Source: Rhodospirillales bacterium
GTDB taxonomy: Bacteria > Pseudomonadota > Alphaproteobacteria > Bin95
Reading direction: 5' to 3'
DNA length: 64,000 nucleotides
Assembly: GCA_038143065.1 (NCBI GenBank)
Contig: JAYQLI010000035.1
Span: 2,016,894 to 2,080,893, forward strand
This document shows, one piece after another, positions 53,955 to 63,941 of the stretch; the stretch's first letter is position 1, and every line of letters begins with the position of its first letter. Below the pieces are notes generated by a model, which was given only the letters and a program-made list of their open reading frames with translations, did not search any database and was not told where the DNA came from. Made by a program: the position numbers and the translations under genes.

Positions 53955-56246
53955 TCAACCTTCTGAAGCATCCAAAGCCGCTCTCACGCGGGGTGGAGAC
54001 ATTGGCAGGCTCGACATTCTAACCCCAGTGGCATTTTCCATCGCATTTGCGACGGCTGCCATTGGAGGCACAATCGGTGGCTCGCCCACTCCCTTAACAC
54101 CAAATGGGTGTCGAGGGTTTGGTACTTCAACCAAAATGGTTTCGATCATTGGTAGATCTGACGCCACAGGGATGCGGTAATCGAGGAAACCAGCATTATC
54201 GAGCCGCCCATCCTTTGTGTAGACGTATTCCTCATTAAGCGCCCAACCGATACCTTGAACAGCACCACCCTGAAGTTGCCCTTCGACGTATGATGGATGT
54301 ATTGCCTTACCAACATCCTGAATCGCAGTATAGCGAAGGACGGTGGTATGACCTGTTTCCTCATCGACTTCTAGGTCACAAATGTGAGTGGCATAGCCTG
54401 GGCCAGCACCTTGAGCATTTATAGACGCTTTTCCTGTAATTGGGCCGCCTGTGCGAGCTGATTTTCCTGCTATATCGGCAATGGTCAGGGGATCAAATTT
54501 ACCAGCATTTTCCCCAGCAGGGTGCGCTTTCCCATCTTTCCACTCGACTGCTTCGGCAGGAATTTCCCACAGGAGAGCCGCCCGTTTGCACAATTCATCT
54601 CGAACCATCTCAGCGGATTGAGTAACCGCCATACCGGTTGCAAACGTTACGCGACTTCCACCAGTTAAAAATGAGAAACCAACGGAGGTAGTGTCACCGA
54701 CAACTGTTCGGACATCTTTCACATCCATTCCGAGTACCTCGGCTGCCATCATGCCCATTGAGGCACGGCTTCCACCGATGTCTGGGTTGCCTGATACAAC
54801 GGTGATTGTTCCATCTTCGTTGACGTATGTTGCCCCTGAGCTTTCACCTCCAATGTTGAACCAGAAACCAGATGCCATACCTCGGCCTCTGCGCTTACCT
54901 GGCGCAGCATCACCTAGCGGCGAATTCCAGTGCGAAGATGATTTTGCAGCTTCGAGAGTTTCCACGAAACCAATATCTTTTAGAGTTGGGCCGTAAACCG
55001 CCTTTGTTCCGTCTTTGGCAGCGTTGATAAGGCGGAGCTCCAAAGGATCCATATCGAGCTGTTTTGCAAGCTCATCTACGGCGCTCTCTGTTGCAAAAGT
55101 AGAAACTGGTGCTCCAGGGGCCCTGTAAGCAGCTACTTTGGGTCGATTTGATACTACGTCAAAACCCCAGATGGTGACATCTGACAGATCATACATTGCA
55201 AACGGAGTCATCAAGGCAGGCCCAATCGGAGACCCTGGGAAGGCTCCAGCCTGAAGCATAACTTCGCATTCAGCTGCAACAATACGACCATTTTTGGTTG
55301 CGCCAATCTTGACATTAATTGCGCCACCAGACGTTGGTCCCGATCCTCGGAAAACTTCTTCACGTGACATAGTCATTTTGACTGGTTTGCCGCTTTTTCG
55401 TGAAAGAGCTAAAGCGAGTGGCTCCAAATACACAAGCGTTTTTCCGCCAAACCCACCACCGATTTCAAGAGGGAATACCCGGATATCAGCGATATCCATT
55501 CCAAGTAGTTTGGCACAATAGGCCCTAACCATAAACTGGCCTTGGCTTGAGCACCAAATCTGCGCTTGGCCATCTGCACCATAAGAGACAACACAGGCAT
55601 GTGGCTCGATATACGCTTGGTGCACAGGGGCAGTTTTATACTTCCGCTCAACGATTACATCGGCTTTAGAGAAGGCCGATGCAGAGTCGCCTAACTTAAA
55701 CTCCATCCGCTTGGCGACATTGGATGCTTTCGTTGGCTTAGGATCAACGCCTTGAGTGAACAGATCATCGTGGAGGATGGGTGCATCGGGTTTCATTGCC
55801 TCCTCTACGTCAATGACGTTTGGAAGGACTTCATACTCCACATTTATAAGGCGAATGGCCTCTTCAGCAATTGATGGAGAAGTAGCAGCAACTGCCGCTA
55901 CTGCGTGTCCATCATAAAGCACTTTATCTCTGGCAATGGTGTTAAGCGACATATCGCGAAAGTTAGCAGGTCCTTCCCCAACAAAAGCTTCTTCGCTTGG
56001 GATGTTAGGAAGATCGTTCGCTGTTATGACGGCTTTAACGCCCTTCAGAGCCTTGGCTTTTGAGGTATCAATGGATTTTATCCGGGCATGAGCATGCGGG
56101 CTACGCAACACCTTACCGTGAATCATACCTGCGACGCTAAAATCTGCACCAAACGCCGCACGTCCAATGACCTTCTCTACACCATCTGGCCGGATTGGCC
56201 TGGTGCCAACAACCTTAAGCTCAACATCCTTGCCGAGATAATTCAT
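53955..56246 (-). CDS. xanthine dehydrogenase/CoxL-family molybdopterin-binding subunit
   Basis: RSPHAHA, HQAYIEPH, IGGGFGGK, AYRAPG, GGSR, GQLQGG..QGIG, KGVGEPP. Confidence 0.93.
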   Translation of the reverse strand: MNYLGKDVELKVVGTRPIRPDGVEKVIGRAAFGADFSVAGMIHGKVLRSPHAHARIKSIDTSKAKALKGVKAVITANDLPNIPSEEAFVGEGPANFRDMSLNTIARDKVLYDGHAVAAVAATSPSIAEEAIRLINVEYEVLPNVIDVEEAMKPDAPILHDDLFTQGVDPKPTKASNVAKRMEFKLGDSASAFSKADVIVERKYKTAPVHQAYIEPHACVVSYGADGQAQIWCSSQGQFMVRAYCAKLLGMDIADIRVFPLEIGGGFGGKTLVYLEPLALALSRKSGKPVKMTMSREEVFRGSGPTSGGAINVKIGATKNGRIVAAECEVMLQAGAFPGSPIGPALMTPFAMYDLSDVTIWGFDVVSNRPKVAAYRAPGAPVSTFATESAVDELAKQLDMDPLELRLINAAKDGTKAVYGPTLKDIGFVETLEAAKSSSHWNSPLGDAAPGKRRGRGMASGFWFNIGGESSGATYVNEDGTITVVSGNPDIGGSRASMGMMAAEVLGMDVKDVRTVVGDTTSVGFSFLTGGSRVTFATGMAVTQSAEMVRDELCKRAALLWEIPAEAVEWKDGKAHPAGENAGKFDPLTIADIAGKSARTGGPITGKASINAQGAGPGYATHICDLEVDEETGHTTVLRYTAIQDVGKAIHPSYVEGQLQGGAVQGIGWALNEEYVYTKDGRLDNAGFLDYRIPVASDLPMIETILVEVPNPRHPFGVKGVGEPPIVPPMAAVANAMENATGVRMSSLPMSPPRVRAALDASEG

Positions 56247-56250
56247 TTAG

Positions 56251-56727
56251 TTACTCTCCGCGCATTTCTGCGGCGGCGTCCATGACCGCCTCGATGATCT
56301 TGTCATATCCAGTACAACGGCAAAGATTTCCAGCCAGCCAATACCGGGCCTCTTCTTCTGTTGGGTTTGGATTTTTATCGAGTAGTGCTTTGGAAGCCAC
56401 AAGAACCCCAGGTGTGCAGAAACCACATTGAAGAGCCGCGTGCTCGAGGAATTTTTGCTGGAGTGGATGAAGTTTGTCGCCATCCGCCATCCCCTCAATT
56501 GTCATGATATCGGTACCTTCAGCTTCGGCACCGAACATGAGGCAAGAACACACAAGCCTACCGTCAACCAGGATTGAGCAAGCGCCGCAGTCCCCGGATC
56601 CACAGCCCTCCTTTGACCCAGTAAGCCCCATTTCATCGCGCAGTACATCCAGCATGGTCTGCTGGCCATCGCAGAGAAATTCTGTTTCTTCGCCATTAAT
56701 TGTCGCTGTGACATGTGATTTAGCCAT
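56251..56727 (-). CDS. (2Fe-2S) subunit, CoxS/XdhC-like small subunit
   Basis: GC..GDCGAC...C and QCGFCTPG...NLCRCTGY. Confidence 0.95.
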   Translation of the reverse strand: MAKSHVTATINGEETEFLCDGQQTMLDVLRDEMGLTGSKEGCGSGDCGACSILVDGRLVCSCLMFGAEAEGTDIMTIEGMADGDKLHPLQQKFLEHAALQCGFCTPGVLVASKALLDKNPNPTEEEARYWLAGNLCRCTGYDKIIEAVMDAAAEMRGE

Positions 56728-56730
56728 CGT

Positions 56731-57591
56731 TTAACGCTCTCCTGCGCGCTTGAATGCGATAGTGGCTGCGCGGCGCGCTAGCACACCTGCAACTTTAGTG
56801 CGGTATTCAACGGTACCACGTTTATCGTCGATTGGGTTGCAAACGGACTGGGCCGCTGCATCGAGCTTTGCGAGTGTGGCATCATCAAGACTGGTGCCAA
56901 CGATGCAGCTAGCATCCACCTCAACGATCGTTGGTGCGACCGCTCCGAGCCAAACCGTTGCTGATTTAATAGGTCCACTTGAACCATCACGAGTAATGTT
57001 AACGCCAGCTCCAACGACAGCGATGTCCATTTCTGTGCGCGGAATGAACCTAAGATAAGCGTCAGATGAATTGGCAGTTGGCTTTTTCAGCTTAAAGCAC
57101 TTGATGAATTCGCCCTTGGCTAAGTTCGTCCGACCTGGGCCAGCAGGTACTTCCGACACTTTCATTTCACGTTCGCCATTTGGGCCAACCACAACTGCTA
57201 TGGCACCTGCTGCGGCTAAGCATGGAATGCTATCTGCTGCAGGAGAGGCATTGCATAAGTTGCCTGCTAGACTTGCGCGACCTTGAACTTGAGTGGAACC
57301 TATCAATTCGGCTCCCTCGACGATGCCTGGATAGGCGGCAACTAGGCCAGCATGTTCAGCCAATTGAGCACCCGCAGTGGCTGCGCCAATCACGAAGCCA
57401 TCGGACGTTTCCTCAACACCAACAAGGCCGGGAATCTTTTTTAGGTCAACGCCTGCTGCTGGCCGGTTACGTCCGGAGTGTAATTGGACGATGAGATCCG
57501 TTCCGCCAGAAAGTGGTTTTGCGCCGTCGGCGCCTAGCATACGGACTGCCTCATCAACCGATTGAGGAGCCGCGAAAGTGGGTGCGTACAT
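56731..57591 (-). CDS. FAD-binding subunit, CoxM-like
   Basis: SGGTDL, IGA, ASLAGNLCNASPAAD, GAVAP, DKRGT.EYR; GAGGGA RBS before ATG 57591. Confidence 0.93.
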   Translation of the reverse strand: MYAPTFAAPQSVDEAVRMLGADGAKPLSGGTDLIVQLHSGRNRPAAGVDLKKIPGLVGVEETSDGFVIGAATAGAQLAEHAGLVAAYPGIVEGAELIGSTQVQGRASLAGNLCNASPAADSIPCLAAAGAIAVVVGPNGEREMKVSEVPAGPGRTNLAKGEFIKCFKLKKPTANSSDAYLRFIPRTEMDIAVVGAGVNITRDGSSGPIKSATVWLGAVAPTIVEVDASCIVGTSLDDATLAKLDAAAQSVCNPIDDKRGTVEYRTKVAGVLARRAATIAFKRAGER

Positions 57592-57701
57592 AGACGTCCC
57601 TCGGTAAGATCTTATTACAAAATGCACATTACCATAAAAGTAGCTCGGTTCTGCGTGATCTCCAAGCCCATCTATGATGTATTTTATATTAAATTTGCTA
57701 C

Positions 57702-58208
57702 TCAATTTAGTGTTTCTAGATCGATCTGAGAAATTTCATGTCCAAGAGCATCCAGAAAAATAAGAAGATCGCTCTTCGCGATCGTTGTAGTCATGGTGTT
57801 AATTAGCGGGTGAAAATTCAGGGGATCAGATGCAAGTAGCCTTTTGTCAAAGTAAACTGAAATAGAACCTGCGGGCGCATTAATGAGTGCAAAGGGCGTG
57901 ACAGCACCAGGCAAGACCCCAAGCTTGTCCATGAGGAGATTTGAATTGGCAAATGAGAGGTTTCCGGCCCCGACAGCTTTGCTGAATGCCTTCAGATGCA
58001 CTGGCGCACACTCCTCGGCCACTAAAAGCCAGAATTCACCTTTTTTATTTTTTAGGAAAAGATTTTTCGCATGCCCTCCTGGCAGAGTACCGCGCATTGC
58101 ACGCGAATCTTCTACCGTATGCAGAGGGGGATGAGACACTGTAGAGTGCCTTATCCGAAGTGAATCTAGTTTTTCAAAAAGGTCTTTTGGGGTCGCATTC
58201 ATCGTCAT
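57702..58208 (-). CDS. YbaK/ProX (PrdX-like) aminoacyl-tRNA deacylase
   Basis: HPPLHTVE, KNLFLK, LSFA, GAVTPFALIN, FHPL.NT.T. Confidence 0.9.
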   Translation of the reverse strand: MTMNATPKDLFEKLDSLRIRHSTVSHPPLHTVEDSRAMRGTLPGGHAKNLFLKNKKGEFWLLVAEECAPVHLKAFSKAVGAGNLSFANSNLLMDKLGVLPGAVTPFALINAPAGSISVYFDKRLLASDPLNFHPLINTMTTTIAKSDLLIFLDALGHEISQIDLETLN

Positions 58209-58437
58209 TTTAAATGGCCTAAGGCACGCCTTACTGGATAGCAAACGCTGTAATTAAACATCTCTGCTCTTTTAAAACACAGCAAACTCCAGGAAAACTT
58301 TTTCCCCTAATAATTCTCTCAATCAAGCAAAATGCCAAAAAGATCTTGAGTGTCCATCGGCCAGGCGGATTTTAAAAAAAAGAAAAGGCCACATTTTTAA
58401 AATATCCCTTATAGCCATCTCTAAGAGAAATGATCAA

Positions 58438-60207
58438 TCACAGCGGTGCAGTAGCACTAATCAGCCAGCCGGCTTCATCATCTGATAGATGTTCGGCCAA
58501 TTCGTTGCGAACACGAGCATGGTACAAGTCTATCGCTTCAAGCTCGGTTTGTGAGAGCAGGCTGGTGTCTATAAGATTACGATCATATGGGGCAAGAGTA
58601 AGAGTTTCGAATCCATAACTCTCGTGCTCACTTCCTGGAATATCTATTTCAGTTACCAGTAGCAGGTTTTCGATCCGGATACCAAAACTACCAGCACGAT
58701 AATAACCCGGCTCGTTGGAGAGAATCATTCCAGGCGCCAAAGCAACGTTGCTCACTGCTTTTGAAACCCTATGAGGCCCCTCGTGAACGGAGAGGTAGCT
58801 GCCCACACCGTGCCCCGTCCCATGGTCAAAGTCTAAGCCTGCTTCCCATAATGGTGCCCGAGCCAACGTATCGAGTTGCGTCCCTGTTGTACCCTTAGGA
58901 AACCGAGCAGCTGATAGCGCAAGGTGACCTTTCAAAACAAGCGTGTAAGTCCTTCGCATATCTTCACTTGGCAGGCCAATTGCGATGGTCCTAGTAATGT
59001 CTGTAGTGCCGTCAAGAAATTGAGCGCCAGAATCACACAGATACAAAGAATTTCGTTGTAACTTAAACTCTTTGGCTTCGGACGCTCGGTAGTGGATGAT
59101 TGCACCGTTTTCTCCCGCACCCGAGATTGTTGGGAAGGATAGGTCCTTGAACAAATCAAGGCCTCGCCTGAAACTTTCTAGACGGTCCGAGGCTTCGATT
59201 TCAGTAACTTCCCCGGATTGTCCTTCAGTTGAAAGCCAATGCAAGAAACGAACCACAGCCTTTGCATCTCTCTTGTGGGCGGCACGAGCGCCTGAGATTT
59301 CGACTTTATTTTTAATAGCTTTCGGAAGAGCCACTGGATCTTTTCCGACAATCACATTAGCTCCGTTTGATCTAAGAATTTCTAAAGCAGCAGCAGGAGC
59401 AGATTCAGAGACTAAAATACTTTTGTCGTTATACTTTTTCAGTGAGTCAGCAAAAGAGTTGATGTGTTCAATCTTTGCGTTTTTTCCAACCCAATTTCTT
59501 GTCTGTTCATCCAGCTTATCTGGGTTTACGAACCATTGAATACCTGCATCCGAACCTAGCACTGCGAATGAAAGAGGAAGTGGAGTGTGTGCTACGTCCG
59601 ACCCTCTAACGTTCAGGATCCAAGCGATACTATCAGGTTGAGTTAAAAGAGCAGCCGTCGCTCCACTCTCGGCTATTTTACTTGCAACTTCCTCTTGCTT
59701 TTTCACAGCATCGACACCTGAAAATTCAAGTGGATGAGGAAGTATAGGAGTGGCTGGCGGAGGTGGTCGGTCAAGCCAGATTTTGTCTACAAGGTTCTGT
59801 TTCGCTGCGGCAACAGAGCCCCCTGCCTTTGCTGCAGCTTCATCAAAACGTTTCACTTCAGCTTCTGTAAGAAGCCATGGGTCGTAAGCCAAAATTTCTC
59901 CAGGAGCTAGGTTTTTTGAAACCCAATCATCAGCCGGATTTGTTACCAGATGGCAGGGCTGGAAAACGTTAAGGTCGATTTGCTCTTTAAGTTGAATAGA
60001 GTATCTTCCATCTGAGAAGACAGCAGCCTTGTCTTTCAAAATAATTGAGACGCCGGCTGACCCTGTAAAACCAGTGAGCCATGCTAATCTCGCCGCAGAT
60101 GCAGGTACATATTCACCCTGAAATTCATCTGCTCGTGGTTGTATCCAGCCATCAAATCCTGCCTCTCGTAAAGCCTGTCGGAGGCGTGAGACATGCGCCA
60201 ACGTCAT
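58438..60207 (-). CDS. Xaa-Pro aminopeptidase (aminopeptidase P, M24B)
   Basis: DEFQGEY, TGFTGSAG, DGRY, DSGAQF.DGTTDITRT, HGTGHGVG, SNEPGYY, GIRIEN. Confidence 0.95.
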   Translation of the reverse strand: MTLAHVSRLRQALREAGFDGWIQPRADEFQGEYVPASAARLAWLTGFTGSAGVSIILKDKAAVFSDGRYSIQLKEQIDLNVFQPCHLVTNPADDWVSKNLAPGEILAYDPWLLTEAEVKRFDEAAAKAGGSVAAAKQNLVDKIWLDRPPPPATPILPHPLEFSGVDAVKKQEEVASKIAESGATAALLTQPDSIAWILNVRGSDVAHTPLPLSFAVLGSDAGIQWFVNPDKLDEQTRNWVGKNAKIEHINSFADSLKKYNDKSILVSESAPAAALEILRSNGANVIVGKDPVALPKAIKNKVEISGARAAHKRDAKAVVRFLHWLSTEGQSGEVTEIEASDRLESFRRGLDLFKDLSFPTISGAGENGAIIHYRASEAKEFKLQRNSLYLCDSGAQFLDGTTDITRTIAIGLPSEDMRRTYTLVLKGHLALSAARFPKGTTGTQLDTLARAPLWEAGLDFDHGTGHGVGSYLSVHEGPHRVSKAVSNVALAPGMILSNEPGYYRAGSFGIRIENLLLVTEIDIPGSEHESYGFETLTLAPYDRNLIDTSLLSQTELEAIDLYHARVRNELAEHLSDDEAGWLISATAPL

Positions 60208-60222
60208 AGGTGACCCTTCAGC

Positions 60223-60262
60223 TTTGCAACGGTTGCAAATTTGTAATGCTGCATTGCAACAA
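60223..60262. promoter_or_regulatory. two adjacent TGC/GCA palindromes (PhaR-type operator candidate)
   Basis: TTTGCAAC-G-GTTGCAAA (60223-60239) and TTGtAATGC-T-GCATTgCAA (60241-60259). Confidence 0.45.
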
Positions 60263-60342
60263 AAACATGCCTCATTTTCAAAAAAGCTCCTATATGTCCG
60301 TTCAATGTCAAAGTAACGCGACAGCGAATAAGGATGTTACAC

Positions 60343-60591
60343 ATGTCAACGATAAAACCAATCACCTCCTTAGAAGCTACAATTTTAGAGTGCCGCAGAC
60401 GCGATGCGCTTCAATTTACTCAGGCTTTGCTAAAGATCTGGAATTCTATTGTTGCGCCCCACAACGCTGAGTCGGATAAACTTGAGGCCGCTATTTTAGC
60501 TTGTCAAAAGAGAGATCGTGATTGCATTAAAAACGCTTTGGTGGATGTTGTGGGTGAGCCAAGTGGCCCAACAACTACTGCGCGCGCCTAA
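60343..60591 (+). CDS. small hypothetical protein (82 aa) with an internal 20-aa duplication
   Basis: AAGGA RBS before ATG 60343; LEATILECRRRDALQFTQAL vs LEAAILACQKRDRDCIKNAL; fills the gap between aminopeptidase P and prmA. Confidence 0.65.
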   Translation: MSTIKPITSLEATILECRRRDALQFTQALLKIWNSIVAPHNAESDKLEAAILACQKRDRDCIKNALVDVVGEPSGPTTTARA

Positions 60592-61504
60592 CGGTTAAGG
60601 CTAGCCAATCACCTTTCCGTGTTCGCTTTTCCAAAGTAAGTCCGTGCGCTCTATGTGCCGCCATAACAAAGTTTTCTTGCCAGTAGAGAAATCCGGACAA
60701 AATAGCTCTCCCTCCAGGCTTTAAAGCGTTGGCCAGGTCCCCGGCCATCGACCTAAGTGGTCTCGCCAGTATATTGGCTAAGACTAAGTCAAAGGGCTCG
60801 ATGCTTTTGATTATCGGATTATTCCAACCGTTAGCCTGAATCACCCTGCAAGACACATGATTTAACTTAGCTGCTGCTTTTGCGACTATTTTAGCGCGTT
60901 CATCAATGTCTGTCATAAGAAGCTGCGGCTTAGCCACCTTAGCTGCAGCTATACCTAGCACACCTGTGCCACAGCCAAGATCGAGAACCCTTTTTGGCTG
61001 ATAACGTTTAAGAGCGGCAGTTAACGCTTCAAGGCAAGCTTTTGTTGTTTCATGTTCACCGGACCCAAAGGCTGCTCCAGCCTCAATTTCTAGATCAATA
61101 ACTCCTGGTCTCGCAGGTTCTGTTATGTGTCTTCCTCGCACACGAAAGCACCCTATCTCGATTGGAGGTAGGTTCGCTAGAACCTCAGCCTGCCAGTCGA
61201 TGTCGGGGACTTCTGAGATAAACACTTTCGGTGGCTGCTCGTTCAGACTCGCGGCTGCTATTGCTATGGTCTGTTCGATGTCAGTCTGGTTTGGCAAAGA
61301 GGTGGCTATAGCTTCAATGGTACATGCTTCTGCTAGCCACAGATCTCCAGCCCAATTTGCTGGTTCCGGTAAACCGCGTGAAATCGTAACATTGTTACTC
61401 GCTTCGGACACAGAAATTGCTTCTGAAAAAGGCTCCAGCGCCGACTCGTAAACTTCCGCTGAAACAGCTGACGTGGAGATACTTATTTTCCAGGTTGGGC
61501 TCAT
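60575..61504 (-). CDS. prmA: ribosomal protein L11 methyltransferase
   Basis: DW....LPP, AFGSGEHETT, LDLGCGTGVL, ANILA, ILSG. Confidence 0.93.
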   Translation of the reverse strand: MSPTWKISISTSAVSAEVYESALEPFSEAISVSEASNNVTISRGLPEPANWAGDLWLAEACTIEAIATSLPNQTDIEQTIAIAAASLNEQPPKVFISEVPDIDWQAEVLANLPPIEIGCFRVRGRHITEPARPGVIDLEIEAGAAFGSGEHETTKACLEALTAALKRYQPKRVLDLGCGTGVLGIAAAKVAKPQLLMTDIDERAKIVAKAAAKLNHVSCRVIQANGWNNPIIKSIEPFDLVLANILARPLRSMAGDLANALKPGGRAILSGFLYWQENFVMAAHRAHGLTLEKRTRKGDWLALTVRRAQ

Positions 61505-63822
61505 ATTTTTTCAACGAAGCTCGCAATTACTGTTTTGGTACCAGCTTGTTCAAAATTGATCTCAAGCCTGTCTGCGTTCATATCTTCGATCCGACCATAA
61601 CCAAACTTCTGGTGAAAAATTCTTTCGCCAATGGCAAACAGCTGAATGCCCGCTTCCTGAGCTTTAACTTCGGAGCTTACGCCTTCGATAATTTCTGTTC
61701 GTCGCCCAGATGCATTTTGGCCCATCGTCTGGGTTCTCGCGGATACGTAGCCACCATGTGTATCCCCATAACCGTCAAACGTATAACCTGAAGAACCATA
61801 AGGAAGCCCGCTAGAGTGATCGGCATGGTCTGAGCGAAGGTGTTCTTTAGGCAACTCATCTATAAACCTGGACGGTAATGAAGACACCCATTGATTATAT
61901 ACTCGTCTATTGGCGGCAGCAGAAATGATCGCGCACTTTTTTGCGCGCGTTAAACCTACGTACGCGAGGCGCCTCTCCTCTTCCAGGCCAGCTAGGCCGC
62001 TTTCGTCAATAGCCCGCTGGTTAGGAAACATGCCGTCCTCCCAGCCAGGAAGAAAGACAATGTCAAATTCTAGGCCTTTAGCAGCATGGAGTGTCATTAT
62101 GCTTATTAAATCATCTCCAGCGTCTGCATCAATTTCCATTACAAGGCTCACGTGTTCAAGAAACCCTTGGAGATTTTCGAAATCACTGATGGCGCGAACT
62201 AATTCTTTGAGGTTTTCTAGTCTACCGGCGGCTTCTGGTGATTTATCGTTACGCCACATGTCTACATAGCCGGATTCATCCAAAATGGTTTCTACTACTT
62301 CGAGATGTTCAACACCTTGCTCAATAAGGCGCCAACGATCAAAAGCTTGGATCAAATCAGACAATGTTTTGCGAGTTTTCGGTCTCAGACTTTCGGCAGC
62401 AGCTAGCTTCCTGCACGCCTCAAACAGCGATAATCTTTCCTCCCGTGCCAAGTTATGGGCGGCTTGGATAGTTGCAGCACCCAAGCCACGTTTAGGGGTG
62501 TTGATTATGCGCTCGAAAGCCAAATCATCATCTGGTGATATTGTGACTCTTAAGTAAGCAATAGCATCACGAATTTCCAAGCGTTCGTAAAATCTTGGAC
62601 CACCAATCACACGATATGGAAGGCCTAAGGTCACAAACCGCTCTTCGAATGCGCGCGACTGGAAGCTTGCGCGAACTAGAATGGCTATTTCCGAGAGAGA
62701 AGCTTGGTTTCGCTGAAAGTTCTCTATCTCTTCACCTACTATCCTTGCTTCTTCATCTCCATCCCAAACCAAATTTAGATGTACGGGTTCACCCATATCT
62801 GCTTCGGTCCACAAAGTTTTTCCAAGTCTGGTTTCATTGTTCGAGATTAAGCCGGAGGCAGCTCCTAAAATGTGTCCAGTCGAACGATAATTTCGCTCAA
62901 GACGAACGACTTGTGCCCCAGGGAAGTCCTTTTCGAAGCGGAGAATATTTCCAACTTCGGCACCTCGCCAGCCATAAATGGATTGATCATCATCGCCGAC
63001 ACAGCAGATGTTCTTGTGTTCTTGGGCTAATAGGCGAAGCCAAAGATACTGGGCAACATTGGTATCCTGATATTCATCGACAAGGACGTATTTAAAACGT
63101 TGTCGCCATTCCCTCAGAATTTCGGGTTCTGACTGAAAAATAGAGCACACGTGCAGAGTGAGATCCCCAAAATCAGCGGCATTTAACGTTTTTAGGCGCT
63201 CTTGGTACTCGGCATAGAGATGGATGGCCCGCCCTCCTGCAAAATCTCCAGCGTCTCCGTTGCTAATTTTTGAAGGTGTCTCTGCTCTGTCCTTCCAGCG
63301 CTGAATTCGTGCCATCAAAGCACGAGGAGGCCAGCGTGCTGTGTCGATATTTTCGGCCTGCATAAGTTGTTTTAGTAGCCGGAGCTGGTCATCGCTATCC
63401 AGAATAGTGAAGTTAGATTTGAGGCCAACCACCTCAGCGTGACGGCGCAGCATTCGGGTAGCAAGAGCATGAAAGGTACCTAACCACATCCCCTCTGCGA
63501 CCCCACCGATCAATTCGGTTACACGGTCCTTCATTTCTCGTGCAGCTTTATTTGTGAAGGTGACGGCAAGAATTTGTCTTGGCCAAGCTTTCCCTTCAAC
63601 CAAAAGATGCGCAATCCTGGTGGTTAATGCTTTCGTTTTCCCGGTACCAGCTCCAGCAAGCATTAGGAGCGGCCCATCGAGAGTTTCGACTGCTAACCTC
63701 TGTTCTTCATTCAACGCGTTAAGATATGGAGGAGGCAAGCCAGGTCTATGACCTGAAACCGGTTGCATAGGGCTTGGTCGGTCAGCCCCATCATCGAATG
63801 GATTAATGAATTCTGAAGACAT
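61501..63822 (-). CDS. uvrD: ATP-dependent DNA helicase UvrD/PcrA
   Basis: AGAGTGKT, TFTNKAA, DEYQDTN, VGDDDQSIY, NYRS, TLHAAKGLEF, EEERRLAYV, H.KFG.G tail. Confidence 0.95.
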   Translation of the reverse strand: MSSEFINPFDDGADRPSPMQPVSGHRPGLPPPYLNALNEEQRLAVETLDGPLLMLAGAGTGKTKALTTRIAHLLVEGKAWPRQILAVTFTNKAAREMKDRVTELIGGVAEGMWLGTFHALATRMLRRHAEVVGLKSNFTILDSDDQLRLLKQLMQAENIDTARWPPRALMARIQRWKDRAETPSKISNGDAGDFAGGRAIHLYAEYQERLKTLNAADFGDLTLHVCSIFQSEPEILREWRQRFKYVLVDEYQDTNVAQYLWLRLLAQEHKNICCVGDDDQSIYGWRGAEVGNILRFEKDFPGAQVVRLERNYRSTGHILGAASGLISNNETRLGKTLWTEADMGEPVHLNLVWDGDEEARIVGEEIENFQRNQASLSEIAILVRASFQSRAFEERFVTLGLPYRVIGGPRFYERLEIRDAIAYLRVTISPDDDLAFERIINTPKRGLGAATIQAAHNLAREERLSLFEACRKLAAAESLRPKTRKTLSDLIQAFDRWRLIEQGVEHLEVVETILDESGYVDMWRNDKSPEAAGRLENLKELVRAISDFENLQGFLEHVSLVMEIDADAGDDLISIMTLHAAKGLEFDIVFLPGWEDGMFPNQRAIDESGLAGLEEERRLAYVGLTRAKKCAIISAAANRRVYNQWVSSLPSRFIDELPKEHLRSDHADHSSGLPYGSSGYTFDGYGDTHGGYVSARTQTMGQNASGRRTEIIEGVSSEVKAQEAGIQLFAIGERIFHQKFGYGRIEDMNADRLEINFEQAGTKTVIASFVEKI

Positions 63823-63941
63823 GAAGCGATATATAGCGTGAATCAGAAGGGAGTGCTTGTGGATTGCAGAAAGATTGTGGCGGTAGGAGGAAGTAAAACA
63901 AAAATTGAATTTTAAACCTAGCGAAAGTTTATAACTGTTTA

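Noticed and set aside
53955-57591. Calling the cluster aerobic CO dehydrogenase (coxMSL)
   Set aside because: Loop is AYRAPG, not AYxCSFR or AYxGAGR, and no cox accessory genes are present
60210-60470. 86-aa Cys-containing ORF overlapping the small repeat protein
   Set aside because: No RBS, runs through the palindromes, and the 60343 frame has better support
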